Counted from the stretch's first letter, positions 9,851-20,995 are shown. The stretch is 45,635 bases of DNA from Limisphaerales bacterium (GCA_044225505.1 JBGAIN010000048.1:1-45635), one strand, 5' to 3'. The notes: a model not told the origin generated them from the letters alone. Numbers and translations: made by a program.

Positions 9851-10098
9851 AGCGGTGAAGGGGTCGGCCCCGATTCTTGCACCGTTACGCTTGGATGTCA
9901 GCGTTGTTTGATGATGGCGTCGTTCGCTCGCTCTCGCGATCTGTCGGGACGAGTATGCGCCTCGCTCGCGCCTTGCAGACGAGGCCGAACGCCTGGCCGC
10001 GAAAGCTTACGGAATTAGGGGACAGCACACTCGTAGGTTCGGGGTTGGCCCGCAGCGCGGAAGTGTGACTAGGCAAGGCGATCGATCTGCCTGGGTTG

Positions 10099-10250
10099 AG
10101 AGCAATTTGCTCTGATTTACGCTGGGCGGTTCTTAGGGCAAGTGACAAACGTCTCGGCACCAACGACTATGGGTTTTGGGGACGGGTCCGGCCCCAATGA
10201 CGCCGGGAACGGCCGAATATGTTGCACATGTTGTCCGCAAATTGTGGACA
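10099..10250. promoter_or_regulatory. Copy C of a dispersed non-coding regulatory-like module
   Basis: AGAGCAA-T-TTGCTCT palindrome (10099-10113), GTGAC..CGTCTC block, TTGGGG..GGTCCG..CCAATGACG block and ATATGTTGCACA-N8-GCAAATTG (10217-10244). Similar blocks occur at 23694-23791, 28716-28820 and 29475-29580. Confidence 0.55.
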
Positions 10251-10512
10251 TGGCCGGTAAACCTCGTTGCGATAATACGTTAGCTTCCTCTTGGATGGGG
10301 TCGATGGCCTATGAACCGGGGCCATCGTCTCGCTTGGAACCGCGACTTTGGGAACGGACCGGCCCCAATGTGTGAAACGTTGGAGACAATTGTCACCAGC
10401 GCACTTCAGGCGCTCTGAACCAAGCGGTTGCGACGACGAGTGGCACGTTTCAGAGTCGACTTCCGCCCGGGCTCGGGCTAGAAACGCTGCTCACCCCGGT
10501 CGTCCGACGGGC

Positions 10513-11589
10513 ATGCAAATGAGCCGAAAGCTTTCCCAACTTCTCGAGATTGCCGCGGGTCTCAGTTTTGAACCCCATGACATCCGGGGCCAGCTCGATC
10601 AGACCGGCCGCTACGCCATTCAGTTGACCGCTGAATTCCCGTTTGTCATCAAACTTTTCCATTACTCGTCCCGATCTCACACCCGCGGATTGACGTGGCA
10701 TGAACGTTTGGAACTGTTCATGCCTCTCGACGGGCAAGCTTGTTTCCGCATGGGCGACCAGGAAGTGACGCTCCAAGCAGGAGATTTTCTCGTGGTGGAC
10801 AATCTGAAGCTCCACAGCGTGGTGGATTTTCCAGGGTTTGATACGCGTGCGGTGGTGATCAGTTTTATGCCCGAGTTTGTCTATAGCTTAGGCTCGCCCA
10901 CCCACGATTACGCGTTCTTGCTCCCGTTTTATTCGGCAGCCGAGGCGGCGCCGCATATTTTGCGATCGAGCGACGCGTTGGCCAGCGACGTTTACCGCGC
11001 GCTCGGTTCTCTGCTCGAGTGCTACTTCCAAAAGACCGACCCGACCTATTTCCAGGCAGGCTGCAAAGCCTTCTTTATCGAGATGCTCTACTACTTGGCG
11101 CGGCAATTCCACGGGTCCGAAGTATTGCGCGCGGAGTTTTTGCGGCAACAACAACGATCGCAAAAACTTCGTCGGTTGTTTGATCATATCAGCCAGCACT
11201 ACGCGGAGAAGACGACGGTTGGGCAAGCGGCCCGACTGGCGGGCATGAGCCCGGCAGCGTTCATGAAACTGTTCAAACAGGTGGCGGGCATGACATTCGT
11301 TGCTTACATCACCCGGTTGCGTTTGGATCGTTCCCTGCCGCTGTTGCGCGAGACGGAAATGAGCATCGCCGAGATCGCCGGTCGCGTCGGGTTTAGCGAG
11401 CAGAGCTATTTCGACCGCCGATTTCGAGAGCAATTCGAGCTGACCCCGCTGCAGTATCGCAAAGGAGCAGCCAGTAGTCCAGGGGTGCCAAGGCGATCTA
11501 AAGCAGGCGCCAAGTCTCGCCGCCCGGGCGTGCCTCCACCGAGCCAGGAGTCGCGGGACGGGCAGAATCGTGCAAATTTCTTACGGTAA
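10513..11589 (+). CDS. AraC-family transcriptional regulator (cupin + HTH)
   Basis: N-terminal cupin (TWHERLE...H) and C-terminal [34 protein letters not shown]. Start at ATG 10513 or 10519. Confidence 0.92.
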   Translation: MQMSRKLSQLLEIAAGLSFEPHDIRGQLDQTGRYAIQLTAEFPFVIKLFHYSSRSHTRGLTWHERLELFMPLDGQACFRMGDQEVTLQAGDFLVVDNLKLHSVVDFPGFDTRAVVISFMPEFVYSLGSPTHDYAFLLPFYSAAEAAPHILRSSDALASDVYRALGSLLECYFQKTDPTYFQAGCKAFFIEMLYYLARQFHGSEVLRAEFLRQQQRSQKLRRLFDHISQHYAEKTTVGQAARLAGMSPAAFMKLFKQVAGMTFVAYITRLRLDRSLPLLRETEMSIAEIAGRVGFSEQSYFDRRFREQFELTPLQYRKGAASSPGVPRRSKAGAKSRRPGVPPPSQESRDGQNRANFLR

Positions 11590-11596
11590 CGTGCTA
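11563..11596 (+). promoter_or_regulatory. Putative AraC-type tandem operator upstream of the apiosidase operon
   Basis: CAGAATCGTGCAA (11563) and CGGTAACGTGCTA (11584) form an imperfect direct repeat with a 21-bp period, about 65 nt upstream of the ATG at 11660. Confidence 0.5.
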
Positions 11597-11659
11597 GCAA
11601 GGCTTCTCCACGCACCCCTACGATCGAACGAACACAACGTGAACTGTACGAGCGAGACC

Positions 11660-13087
11660 ATGAAATTAATATTAGCTTTGAGCACTGTTCTCCTGGCGAC
11701 GACGCTGCACGCGGCGAATGTCCCGACCTCGCTCAAGATCAGCGCGGATCATCGGTTTATCCTGCAGGCGGATGGACAACCCTTCTTCTATTTGGGAGAC
11801 ACCGCTTGGGAGTTGTTTCACCGACTGAATCGCGAGGAAGCCGAGCGATATCTTAAAGACCGCGCGGGGAAGGGCTTTACCGTCATTCAGGCCGTCGCGA
11901 TCGCTGAATTGGATGGGCATACCGATCCGAATCCGTACGGGTTTCTGCCGCTCCAGGATCTTGATCCGGCGAAGCCGGATGTTCGGGAGGGTCCCAATAA
12001 CGACTATTGGGACCATGTCGATTACATCGTCGACAAAGCCGGGTCGTTGGGATTGATGATTGGTTTCCTTCCGACCTGGGGGCGCTACTGGCATGACAAA
12101 GTCAAGGAGGGCAAGCCGCTCTTCACGGAGAGTAACGCGGCTGTGTACGGTGAGTGGTTGGGACGCCGCTACAAGGATAAGCCGATCCTCTGGATTCTGG
12201 GAGGAGATCGGGGAGTCGAATCCGATGAACAACGGGCCATCCTTCGGGCGATGGCGCAAGGCCTCCGTCGCGGCGATGAAGGCAGACATCTGATCACGCT
12301 GCATCCTCCGGGGGGGGCCGGATCTTCCAAATGGTTCCACGAGGAAGAGTGGTTAGACTTTAACATGAGGCAAAATGGCCATACCCCAGAGTTTACCGGG
12401 CATTACGACCAGACCCGTGCGGACTACAATCGGATGCCGATCAAGCCGGTGATCGATGGCGAGCCTATCTACGAAGATCATCCCGTTTCTTTCAATGCCA
12501 AGAACTTCGGCCACTCCATTGCCGCGGATGTCCGGCGACCGCTTTACTGGGACTTGTTTAGCGGCGCTTGCGGCCATACCTATGGGCACCATTCGGTCTG
12601 GCAGATGTGGCAACCGGGACGAACTCCCATTAATGGCCCGCTGTTGCCCTGGTTTGAAGCAATTCAGCAGCCGGGAGCCGCGCAGATGCAATACGCCCGG
12701 CGTCTTTTGGAATCCAGGCCGTTCCTGACGCGGATTCCCGATGATGCCGTCCTCCTGACCAACGCGGTGCCAACCTCTGTCCCAGGGGCTGGGCGCTACC
12801 GATACGTGGCCACGCGAGATGCGGAGGGTTCCTATGCCATGGTTTATGCCCCGGTGGGCCGTCCGTTTCGAGTAGCCATGCAAAAGATCAAAGGCTCGCG
12901 GGCACGTGCCTGGTGGTTCAACCCTCGTAACGGGGAAGCGTCGCTCATTGGCGAGTTCCCAACACTGGGCGACCGCGAGTTTGTCCCGCCCAATCCTGGG
13001 GAGTCGCTCGATTGGGTGTTGGTGCTGGACGAGGCGAGCCGAAACTTTCCCGCTCCCGGCGCCATCAAGCCAGCCGAGCCTCGCTGA
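11660..13087 (+). CDS. GH140-like apiosidase (DUF4038 + C-terminal putative collagen-binding domain), secreted
   Basis: Signal peptide [83 protein letters not shown] and DWVLVL. Confidence 0.85.
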   Translation: MKLILALSTVLLATTLHAANVPTSLKISADHRFILQADGQPFFYLGDTAWELFHRLNREEAERYLKDRAGKGFTVIQAVAIAELDGHTDPNPYGFLPLQDLDPAKPDVREGPNNDYWDHVDYIVDKAGSLGLMIGFLPTWGRYWHDKVKEGKPLFTESNAAVYGEWLGRRYKDKPILWILGGDRGVESDEQRAILRAMAQGLRRGDEGRHLITLHPPGGAGSSKWFHEEEWLDFNMRQNGHTPEFTGHYDQTRADYNRMPIKPVIDGEPIYEDHPVSFNAKNFGHSIAADVRRPLYWDLFSGACGHTYGHHSVWQMWQPGRTPINGPLLPWFEAIQQPGAAQMQYARRLLESRPFLTRIPDDAVLLTNAVPTSVPGAGRYRYVATRDAEGSYAMVYAPVGRPFRVAMQKIKGSRARAWWFNPRNGEASLIGEFPTLGDREFVPPNPGESLDWVLVLDEASRNFPAPGAIKPAEPR

Positions 13088-13114
13088 GACGAAAGGTCGG
13101 ACCGAGGCGGCGTT

Positions 13115-14164
13115 ATGAGTGAACTGCGCTTTGCGATGCTCGGCACCGGATTTTGGTCTCGCTACCAATTGGCGGCGTGGCAGGAGCTGCCAGGAGTCCG
13201 GTGCGTGGCCCTCTATAACCGAACCCGAGAAAAAGCGGAACGTCTGGGAAAAGAGTTTGGGATTTCTGCGATTTACGCGGACGCCGAGGAGCTCATCGGT
13301 CGGGAACGGCCGGATTTTGTGGATATCGTTACCGATGTCGGCACGCACAGCCGTTTTGTGCAGCTGGCCGCGGCGCATTCGACGCCTGTGATTTGCCAGA
13401 AACCGATGGCCCCGAGCTTGGCAGAGGCCGAGGCGATGGTCCTGACCTGCCAGGGCGCCCGAGTGCCGTTTTTTGTCCATGAGAACTGGCGTTGGCAAAC
13501 GCCGATACGTTCCTTAAAAGCGGTGTTGGAGACAGGCGTGATCGGTCCTGTGTTTCGCGCGCGCGTCACGTACTCAAACAGTTTTCCTGTTTTCGACAAT
13601 CAACCATTCCTCAAGGAGCTGGATCAATTCATCTTGATGGACATCGGGACGCATATTCTCGATTCGACCCGTCTCCTCTTTGGCGAAGCCAAGACGCTCT
13701 ATTGCCGCACGACGCGAGTCCATCAAGACATTCGCGGTGAAGATGTCGCTACGGTGCTGCTTGGGATGGAATCCGGGGCAACCGTCACGTGTGAGATGAG
13801 CTATGCCAGCCGAGTGGAACATGATCGGTTTCCTGAGACCTACGTGTTCGTGGAAGGAACCCGCGGTTCCGTGGAACTCGGGCCGGACTATTGGATCCGG
13901 ACGACAACGGATACGGTGACGCGATGCCAACGCACCCCGCCGCCGCGCTATGCCTGGGCGGACCCGCGTTATGAACTTTCGCAATCGAGTGGTGTGGCGT
14001 GCAATGCCAATCTCCTAACCGCTCTCCAGGGGCGCGGGGTTGCCGAGACCACCGGCGAGGACAATCTCAAGACGCTCCAGTTGGTCTTTGGCTGCTATCA
14101 ATCCGCTCAGACCGGGCAAGTCGTGCCACTCTCGCGCATCACCGGACCAAGGCAGGAGCACTGA
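13115..14164 (+). CDS. Gfo/Idh/MocA oxidoreductase, candidate D-apiose dehydrogenase (ApsD-like)
   Basis: GTGFWS Rossmann motif, ICQKPMA, HENWRWQ and DIGTHILD. The Q in CQKP and the HENWRWQ motif fit the ApsD-like subfamily as recalled; gene context supports this. Confidence 0.75.
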   Translation: MSELRFAMLGTGFWSRYQLAAWQELPGVRCVALYNRTREKAERLGKEFGISAIYADAEELIGRERPDFVDIVTDVGTHSRFVQLAAAHSTPVICQKPMAPSLAEAEAMVLTCQGARVPFFVHENWRWQTPIRSLKAVLETGVIGPVFRARVTYSNSFPVFDNQPFLKELDQFILMDIGTHILDSTRLLFGEAKTLYCRTTRVHQDIRGEDVATVLLGMESGATVTCEMSYASRVEHDRFPETYVFVEGTRGSVELGPDYWIRTTTDTVTRCQRTPPPRYAWADPRYELSQSSGVACNANLLTALQGRGVAETTGEDNLKTLQLVFGCYQSAQTGQVVPLSRITGPRQEH

Positions 14165-14320
14165 GTGGACCCATGCGTAAATACGGTGGCGTTGGTTGGG
14201 CCGATTCGCCCTGTGGCAAGATGCAACGACGGAGCTTCGCTGCCGATCTCGGCAACGCTGGAGCCACCCAGCTCGAGCCGCGATCCCGTTTTTGGCGCGT
14301 TCGGTTGAATTCGTATCTTT

Positions 14321-15169
14321 ATGACTGCAATTGCTCTTATTGGCGCTGGCGGCAAAATGGGCTGCCGAATCATCGATCACTTAGCTCCAAATCCCGCTTA
14401 CCGCTTGTCGTGTGTGGAAGTGAGCCCCGGGGGCTTGGAGAATCTCGCCCAGCGCGGAGTCTCGGTCACACCGGTGGACCTGGCGGTTTGCACGGCGGAT
14501 GTGGTGATCCTGGCGCTGCCCGATCGGGTGCTGGGAAAAGTGGCGCACGAAGTGGTTCCGAAACTCCGTTCCGGCGCGCTGGTGATTACCTTAGATCCGG
14601 CCGCCTCGTTCGCAGATGAGATGCCCGCGCGGGGCGACATCAGTTACTTTGTGACCCATCCCTGCCATCCGTCTGTGTTCTACACCGAGGATGACCCGGC
14701 CGCCCGCTCAGACTTCTTCGGCGGGACCAAGGCGCGGATGCCGATCGTCTGCGCGTTAGCCCAAGGCCCGGAAGAACATTACGCGTTAGGCGAAAAGCTG
14801 GCGCGAGACTTCTTTGCCCCCGTCACGCGGGCGCACCGAGTCACCGTGGAACAGATGGCCCTGCTCGAACCGGCGATGTCGGAAACGACGGCGGCCTGCC
14901 TAATTACCGTTATCCGGGAGGCGCTCGATGAGGTCATTCGCCGTGGGGTGCCTCCGGAAGCGGCCCGGGATTTTATGTTTGGGCATATCAAAGTGCCGCT
15001 GGGCATTGCGTTCGGGCAGGTCGACTTTCCGTTTTCGGACGGTGCCAAGCTGATCATCGAGTATGGTCGCCAGCGTCTGCTGCAACGAAATTGGAAAGAA
15101 GTGTTTGAGCCCGCCGACGTGAAGCGGCAGGTCAAAGCCATTGTCACGGGGGTCCTTCCGCCTGCTTAA
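14321..15169 (+). CDS. apnO: D-apionate oxidoisomerase
   Basis: IALIGAGGKMG, LDPAA, YFVTHPCHP, FFGG..A...IVCALAQGPEEHY, VEQMALLEP, AARDFMFGH and FSDGA match the ApnO family. Confidence 0.8.
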   Translation: MTAIALIGAGGKMGCRIIDHLAPNPAYRLSCVEVSPGGLENLAQRGVSVTPVDLAVCTADVVILALPDRVLGKVAHEVVPKLRSGALVITLDPAASFADEMPARGDISYFVTHPCHPSVFYTEDDPAARSDFFGGTKARMPIVCALAQGPEEHYALGEKLARDFFAPVTRAHRVTVEQMALLEPAMSETTAACLITVIREALDEVIRRGVPPEAARDFMFGHIKVPLGIAFGQVDFPFSDGAKLIIEYGRQRLLQRNWKEVFEPADVKRQVKAIVTGVLPPA

Positions 15170-15170
15170 C

Positions 15171-15983
15171 ATGCGCTTGGGGATTGGCACTTATACGTTT
15201 GCCTGGGCCATCGGGGTTCCCGACTCCAAACCGCCCCAGCCGCTAACGGAATTCGCCTTGCTGGAGGAAGCACGACGCTTGGGCGTGGGCCTGGTCCAAT
15301 TTTGTGACAACCTTCCGCTCACTCGCCTTTCTCCCGTGGAACTCGATCGATTTGAGAGCGAGGTCAAAGCGCAGAGATTGTTGATTGAAATTGGAACCCG
15401 TGGCTTGGCGATGGCGAATTTGCGGTCGAACCTGGCCCTCTGCCGCAAGTTGCACAGCCCCATCCTGCGCCTCGTGATCGACAGTGCCGGCGACGAGCCA
15501 TCCCCCGAAGAAGCGGTGGCGCGGCTCCGGCCGTTAAGAATGGAGTTCCTCGACGCTGGGGTCCGTTTAGCCATCGAGAACCACGATCGATTTTCCAGCG
15601 CGACATTGGCGCGGATGGTCCAGGCGCTCGGAATCGAATACGCCGGGATTTGCCTGGATACGGTCAATTCGTTCGGCGCCCTGGAAGGGCCGGAAGTGGT
15701 CGTCGAGCATTTAGGGGAGTTCACCGCGTGTTTGCACGTCAAGGATTTTACTATCCGGCGACCTCGGCATAATATGGGCTTTATCGTTGAGGGCTGTGCT
15801 GCGGGTCATGGACGGCTCGACATTCCCTGGCTGCTCAGGAAGCTGGCGCCCGTGTCCAGTCCGATCAACGCCATTCTTGAAACCTGGGTGACGCCTGGTG
15901 ATGCTCTGGAGGAAACCATGGCTCGAGAGAGGGCGTGGGCAGAACGGGGCGTCCAATACTTGCGGCGTTTTATCATGAACTGA
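15171..15983 (+). CDS. Xylose-isomerase-like TIM-barrel protein, candidate 3-oxo-isoapionate decarboxylase (OiaC-like)
   Basis: GIGTYTFAW, VQFCDN, IEIGTRG, AIENHD, CLDTVNS..ALE and HVKDF. Starts 1 nt after the apnO stop. Confidence 0.65.
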   Translation: MRLGIGTYTFAWAIGVPDSKPPQPLTEFALLEEARRLGVGLVQFCDNLPLTRLSPVELDRFESEVKAQRLLIEIGTRGLAMANLRSNLALCRKLHSPILRLVIDSAGDEPSPEEAVARLRPLRMEFLDAGVRLAIENHDRFSSATLARMVQALGIEYAGICLDTVNSFGALEGPEVVVEHLGEFTACLHVKDFTIRRPRHNMGFIVEGCAAGHGRLDIPWLLRKLAPVSSPINAILETWVTPGDALEETMARERAWAERGVQYLRRFIMN

Positions 15984-16009
15984 TCGGTGGACCTGATCCC
16001 CCTGACTTT

Positions 16010-17080
16010 ATGAATCGATTGAACTCCTGGCGGAATCTCCTTGTCCTGCGCGCCACATCTTTCTGGAAAGGCACTCTTAGCGGATCGTGGCGTAGCGCTT
16101 TGGTGGTAGTGTGCTTGGGCTTTTCAGCCGGCTGCGGGCAGAGCCCAAGCTCCCCGAGCGCGACGCCTCCGGCGTCCCAGGTGACGATAGGCGTTTCCTT
16201 CGAAACTCTTCAGACCGAGTTTTGGGTTGCCGCTTTAGACGCTTTCCGCGCCGAGCTCAAGAGCCGTAACATCCAGATGCTGGAAGCGATCGCGGACGGC
16301 GATGCGAATCGTCAACTGGAACAGATCAAGAACTTCATCACGCGCAAGGTGCATGGGATTATCGTGGTTCCGAAGGATGCCAACACCATTGTGGCGATGA
16401 TCAAAGCGGCCAATCAGGCGGAGATCCCCATCGTCCTATTCAATCGGCCGCCCGCGCGGAGCGATGCCAAATCTGTCACAGTGGTGGCAGATAACTTGGC
16501 GATCACGGAGGCGACTGTGGACTATCTCTGTCAGCAGGCGAAGAAATCAGGAGCCAAATGCAAAGCTGCCATCCTGATTGGGGATCTCGGTGACGTTAAC
16601 GCGGTGGGACGACGCGACGGGTTCGACGCCGCGGTGAAGAAATATGCCGATGTTATCGACGTTGTGGCTCGCATTCCCACGGAATGGAATCAGGAAAAGG
16701 CGCAAGCCGGGCTGGTAAATGCGTTACAAGCGACACCAGAAATTAACTTTATCTTTAGCTCGTCGGATTTCTTGTTTCCGTCCATTGTCTCGGCGCTCAA
16801 AGGCGCTGGGAAGTATAAGAAAGTGAATGAGCCGGGACATGTTTGGTTGGGTGGCTTTGACGGGGATGCCACGGCGTATCAAATGTTGCGGGACGGTTAC
16901 CTGGACGCGGACGGGGTTCAAGATGTCTATTTTGAAGCCAAAGCTTCGGTGCAAGCGCTGTTGGATCAGCGCGCGGGCCAGAGTGTTCCGGACCGGATTC
17001 TTGACCCTGGGTTTGTCATTCATCAAGCGAACCTGAACGAGAAGGCACCGCAGATGTGGGGGGCGAAAGTCAGGAAATAG
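16010..17080 (+). CDS. Sugar ABC transporter substrate-binding lipoprotein
   Basis: Lipobox-like LGFSAGC. Periplasmic binding protein type 1 motifs (QLEQI, IPIVLFNR, VVADN, GGFDG). Confidence 0.9.
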   Translation: MNRLNSWRNLLVLRATSFWKGTLSGSWRSALVVVCLGFSAGCGQSPSSPSATPPASQVTIGVSFETLQTEFWVAALDAFRAELKSRNIQMLEAIADGDANRQLEQIKNFITRKVHGIIVVPKDANTIVAMIKAANQAEIPIVLFNRPPARSDAKSVTVVADNLAITEATVDYLCQQAKKSGAKCKAAILIGDLGDVNAVGRRDGFDAAVKKYADVIDVVARIPTEWNQEKAQAGLVNALQATPEINFIFSSSDFLFPSIVSALKGAGKYKKVNEPGHVWLGGFDGDATAYQMLRDGYLDADGVQDVYFEAKASVQALLDQRAGQSVPDRILDPGFVIHQANLNEKAPQMWGAKVRK

Positions 17081-17087
17081 AGCGGCT

Positions 17088-18134
17088 GTGCCGCTTGGAC
17101 GCCCCTGGGAACTCGTGACTATCCCTCAGCCTCAGGATCCACCGGTCGCGCCATCCTTGCCTCCCCGGACGAGGTTAGGGCCGGCTTTGGTTCGCTCCGA
17201 ATATTTCGTCCTGCTCGTCAGCCTGGGTTACTTCGCGGCGGCCTGGCCGTTCACTCCGGGTCTGGCCTCCGGCAGCAATCTGGCCAATATCCTGTCCAGC
17301 CTGTTGCCCTTGGCCATCGTTGCCCTCGGCCAAACCTGCGTGCTCATTAGCGGTGGAATCGATCTTTCCGCAACGTCCATCATCGCCATGTCGAGCGTCG
17401 TGGGCGCGAGCGTCATGAACGCGGATACGGGCTGGCTTCGCGGCAGTCCCTTGGCCGTGCCCATGGCCATCGCGGCCATGATCGGCACCGGTGCCATTCT
17501 GGGCAGCTTGAACGGCGCGGCGATCACCCTCTTCCGCATGCCGCCCTTTATCGTCACGTTGACTTCGATGATGTTCGTCAGCGGTTGGGCGGTCTGGCAA
17601 ACCCATTCCCGCAACATTGGGAATTTGCCAGACACGTTCAATGCGATCGGCGCTCAAGTGCTCGTGGCGAGTGGCGTAACGGCCACGGTTGCCTTGGTTG
17701 GGCACTTGTTCTTGAACCGATCCCTGTGGGGCCGATGGCTCTTTGCGGTCGGCCATAATCCGCGTGCCGCTCTGATCTCCGGCGTGCCCGTGCGCGGGGT
17801 GACCTGTCTGGCCTACGTTTTGAGCGGCATCTGCGCCGCCCTCGCTTCTGTGCTCTACACCGGGCGACTGGAGACAGGATCCCCGGTCCTGGGTCAGCGG
17901 ATTTTGCTCGATGTCATTGGCGCGACGGTCATCGGCGGCACAAGTCTCTATGGCGGCCGAGGAAAGGTGGCGTGGACTCTCTGCGGCGTGTTATTTTTGA
18001 CTTTGCTCGATAACAGCCTCAACCTCCTTAGCCTGTCTTACTTCACGATCATGATGGTTAAGGGGGGAGTCATTTTACTGGCCGCACTCTTGGACACGGC
18101 ACGCCACCGGTGGCTGGCTGGGGAAGGCTCATGA
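17088..18134 (+). CDS. Sugar ABC transporter permease (RbsC-like)
   Basis: LISGGIDLS, PPFIVTL, AVGHNPRAALISGV and VIGGTSLYGGRG. Confidence 0.92.
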   Translation: MPLGRPWELVTIPQPQDPPVAPSLPPRTRLGPALVRSEYFVLLVSLGYFAAAWPFTPGLASGSNLANILSSLLPLAIVALGQTCVLISGGIDLSATSIIAMSSVVGASVMNADTGWLRGSPLAVPMAIAAMIGTGAILGSLNGAAITLFRMPPFIVTLTSMMFVSGWAVWQTHSRNIGNLPDTFNAIGAQVLVASGVTATVALVGHLFLNRSLWGRWLFAVGHNPRAALISGVPVRGVTCLAYVLSGICAALASVLYTGRLETGSPVLGQRILLDVIGATVIGGTSLYGGRGKVAWTLCGVLFLTLLDNSLNLLSLSYFTIMMVKGGVILLAALLDTARHRWLAGEGS

Positions 18135-18180
18135 ACGGCGGACTCCAACGGAGCGGGCGGAATCGCATCCTGGCGCGCGA

Positions 18181-19749
18181 GTGAACAACGCGATGGATCT
18201 GGCTTCCAACCTGCCCCTTTTGGAGATTCAAGGCGTTGAAAAGGCCTTCTCGCGCGTGCGCGTCCTCCGCGGCGTCTCTCTGACCGTGGCTCCCGGTCAA
18301 ACGGTCGCTCTGATCGGCGAGAACGGCGCTGGCAAATCCACGCTCATGAATATCCTAGGGGGGAACGTGCCGCCGGACGCCGGATGCATGCGCTGGAGCG
18401 GCGAGCCTTATATCCCAAAAACTCCGGGCGACGCGACGCGTGCCGGAATCGCGTTTGTCCATCAGGAGTTGAACCTGTTCGCAAACCTCACCGTGGCGGA
18501 AAATCTCTATCTCCGAGACTTTCCTAAGCGCCACTTTCCCGTGCCTTGGATCGACCGAAAGGCAATGCAGACGCAAGCGGCCGGGCTCCTCGCGCAGGTG
18601 GGATTGACCGTGTCGCCCGACGCACTCGTGGAATCGCTCTCGCCAGGGGAGCGTCAGTTGCTGGAGATCGCCAAAGCGCTCAGCATCGACGCGCGCCTCA
18701 TCATCCTGGATGAACCAACCACCTCCCTTTCTGCTCGTGAAGCGGAACATCTGTTCCAATTGCTCCAATTCCTGCGGGCCCGCGGTGTGGCGATGATCTA
18801 CATCTCGCACAATCTGCAGGAAGTGTTGCGTCTGAGTGATCGCGTGGTGGTGTTGCGGGACGGCGAGGTTGTCGGAGCCGGGCCGACCACGGACTTTAAC
18901 TTTGATCAGATGGTCACGTTGATGGTCGGTCGCAGCCTCCGACAGATGTTTCCGGCCCGGTCGGTGACGCCTGAGCACAAGGCGACCTTGCAAGCCATCC
19001 GGTTAACCCAACCTGGCGTGGTCAAAAACATCACGTTTCATCTGCGGGCGCGCGAAGTCCTCGGGATTGCTGGCTTGATGGGCTCCGGCCGCTCTGAACT
19101 CGCTCGAATTCTTTTCGGCCTGGACCCCTGCGCATCCGGGGAAGTGCTGGTCGACGGCCGACCTGTTCGGGGCCGAGGTCCCAGAGCTCGCATTCGACAG
19201 GGGTTCGCGTTTCTGACTGAAGATCGCCGTGGCGAAGGGCTCGCGCTGGAGGCATCGATTGCGGACAATCTCGTGTTGGTGGCCCTTCCCAACATGACGG
19301 TTCGGCCGTTCGGTCTCATTCGCTGGGGACCAGCCCGGGTCGCGATGAGCCAGCTTCGTCAAGCGGTCCAGTTGACCGCCTCAGCGGCAGATTCCCAACC
19401 GGTGAAAACGCTCAGCGGTGGCAACCAACAAAAAGTCGTCTTGGCCAAATGGCTTCTCGCCAAGCCCCGCATTTTTATCCTGGACGAGCCGACGCGGGGC
19501 ATTGACGTGGGAGCAAAGGTCGAGATCTACCGACTTATCAATGGACTTGCCGAGAACGGTTCGTCCGTGATTGTCATCTCCTCCGAATTGGACGAGCTCA
19601 TCGGGCTTTGTGATCGCATCCTGGTGATGAACCGAGGGGAGATGAAAGCCGAGTTCTTACGCAACGACTTCGATCGGGAGCGCATTCTCCGCGCGGCATT
19701 GCATCGCGCCCCGGAAGGTGGGACTGGCTCTGGAGGTGCCGAAGAATGA
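18181..19749 (+). CDS. Sugar ABC transporter ATP-binding protein (RbsA-like, two ABC domains)
   Basis: GENGAGKST, DEPT, EDRRGEG, LSGGNQQKV and DEPTRGIDVGAK. Confidence 0.95.
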   Translation: MNNAMDLASNLPLLEIQGVEKAFSRVRVLRGVSLTVAPGQTVALIGENGAGKSTLMNILGGNVPPDAGCMRWSGEPYIPKTPGDATRAGIAFVHQELNLFANLTVAENLYLRDFPKRHFPVPWIDRKAMQTQAAGLLAQVGLTVSPDALVESLSPGERQLLEIAKALSIDARLIILDEPTTSLSAREAEHLFQLLQFLRARGVAMIYISHNLQEVLRLSDRVVVLRDGEVVGAGPTTDFNFDQMVTLMVGRSLRQMFPARSVTPEHKATLQAIRLTQPGVVKNITFHLRAREVLGIAGLMGSGRSELARILFGLDPCASGEVLVDGRPVRGRGPRARIRQGFAFLTEDRRGEGLALEASIADNLVLVALPNMTVRPFGLIRWGPARVAMSQLRQAVQLTASAADSQPVKTLSGGNQQKVVLAKWLLAKPRIFILDEPTRGIDVGAKVEIYRLINGLAENGSSVIVISSELDELIGLCDRILVMNRGEMKAEFLRNDFDRERILRAALHRAPEGGTGSGGAEE

Positions 19750-20729
19750 AGGAGCCTTCCCGCAAACTCACGCTCTGGCTGCTAAACAATGCGTCCTTAG
19801 CGTTGTTTCTCGCCGTCTTCGTCGTCTTCGGGGCTTTAGCCTCGAAATTCCTGGAACCGCGCAACCTTTTGAACATCCTGGTGCAATCCTCTTCCACGGC
19901 CATCGTCGCAGTCGGCATGACTTTTGTCTTACTGACGGCCGGCGTCGATTTGTCCGTGGGCGCCATCATGTTTGTCTCCGCGGCGATCGCGGGCAAGTTG
20001 GCGCTGGCAGGGTGTCCGCTCAGTTTGGCTTTACTGGTTATTCTGCTGATTGGGGTCGGATGTGGCGGCGTCAACGCCTATTTCGTGACGCGATGGCGCA
20101 TCTTGCCGTTCGTCGTCACCCTCGCCACGCTCTACCTGGGCCGTGGCCTCGCCCTCTGGATCACTCAAACCCGCGCCTTGAACTTGCCCGAAAGCTTCTT
20201 GACGCTGGGCTCCTCACGTTGGGCTGGGGTCCCACTGCCGATCGTCCTTTTGGCGGCGGTCCTGCTCGTGGCTCACCTGACTCTGACCCGGACCCCGTAC
20301 GGTCGCCAACTCTATGCCGTGGGCTATAACCTCGAAGCCGCGCGTAAAGCCGGTTTGAACGTCTCGTGGATTCTCGCCTCGGTCTACCTCATCAGCGGGT
20401 TGTGCGCGAGTCTGGGCGGAGTGGTTTCATTGTCGCAGTTGGGTGCCGTTTCGCCAACGTTTGGCAACCAAAAAGAGTTTACCGCCATCGCCGCCGCCGT
20501 TCTTGGCGGCACGAGCCTTTTCGGTGGGCGAGGGCAGGTTTTTCCAGGGACACTTCTCGGCGCGGTATTGATCCAGACGGTGGAGAACGGACTGGTGATT
20601 GTGAACGCTGACCCGTACATCTACCCGCTCGTTACAAGCGCCATCATCTTCACGGCTGTCCTCGTCGATAGTGCCAGGGCTGGGGTGCTAGCCAAACTCG
20701 GGCGCCGCAAGATTCGAGTGGACGGGTAA
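19746..20729 (+). CDS. Sugar ABC transporter permease
   Basis: LTAGVDLSVG, PFVVTL, AVGYNLEAARKAG and VLGGTSLFGGRG. ATGA overlap with the ATPase stop. Confidence 0.92.
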   Translation: MKEPSRKLTLWLLNNASLALFLAVFVVFGALASKFLEPRNLLNILVQSSSTAIVAVGMTFVLLTAGVDLSVGAIMFVSAAIAGKLALAGCPLSLALLVILLIGVGCGGVNAYFVTRWRILPFVVTLATLYLGRGLALWITQTRALNLPESFLTLGSSRWAGVPLPIVLLAAVLLVAHLTLTRTPYGRQLYAVGYNLEAARKAGLNVSWILASVYLISGLCASLGGVVSLSQLGAVSPTFGNQKEFTAIAAAVLGGTSLFGGRGQVFPGTLLGAVLIQTVENGLVIVNADPYIYPLVTSAIIFTAVLVDSARAGVLAKLGRRKIRVDG

Positions 20730-20801
20730 CGACGATTGCTTTTTTCCGCCGTTTTCGGAGATCGAACAACGACTTTGCGGGGTTCACTGCCGGGTTAGCG
20801 C

Positions 20802-20995
20802 TCATTTCCGGCTGCGTTCGGAGTCGGGGTCGCTATCGGCATCGGTATCGTTCCTGAGTCCACTGTCATCACCCGATTCCTCGTGGATCGTATACCCACG
20901 CTGTCCGAGTTTCGTCAGCATGGCCACGATGCGGTCCAACCCACGTAATCGATGGAAGTGCGGGACACATCCAAGCGCTCATGACCAAATCCCAT
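20802..20995 (-). pseudogene. Internally deleted four-helix-bundle (23S rRNA IVS protein-like) gene
   Basis: SD AAAGGA then MGFGHERLDVSRTSIDYVGW, joined out of frame at GTTGG to LDRIVAMLTKLGQRGYTIHEE...DTDADSDPDSERSRK*. The central part is missing. Confidence 0.7.

Noticed and set aside
10441..10455. TGGCACGTTTCAGAG as a sigma-54 promoter for araC
   Set aside because: The -24 box is good, but the -12 element is absent or spaced one base short.
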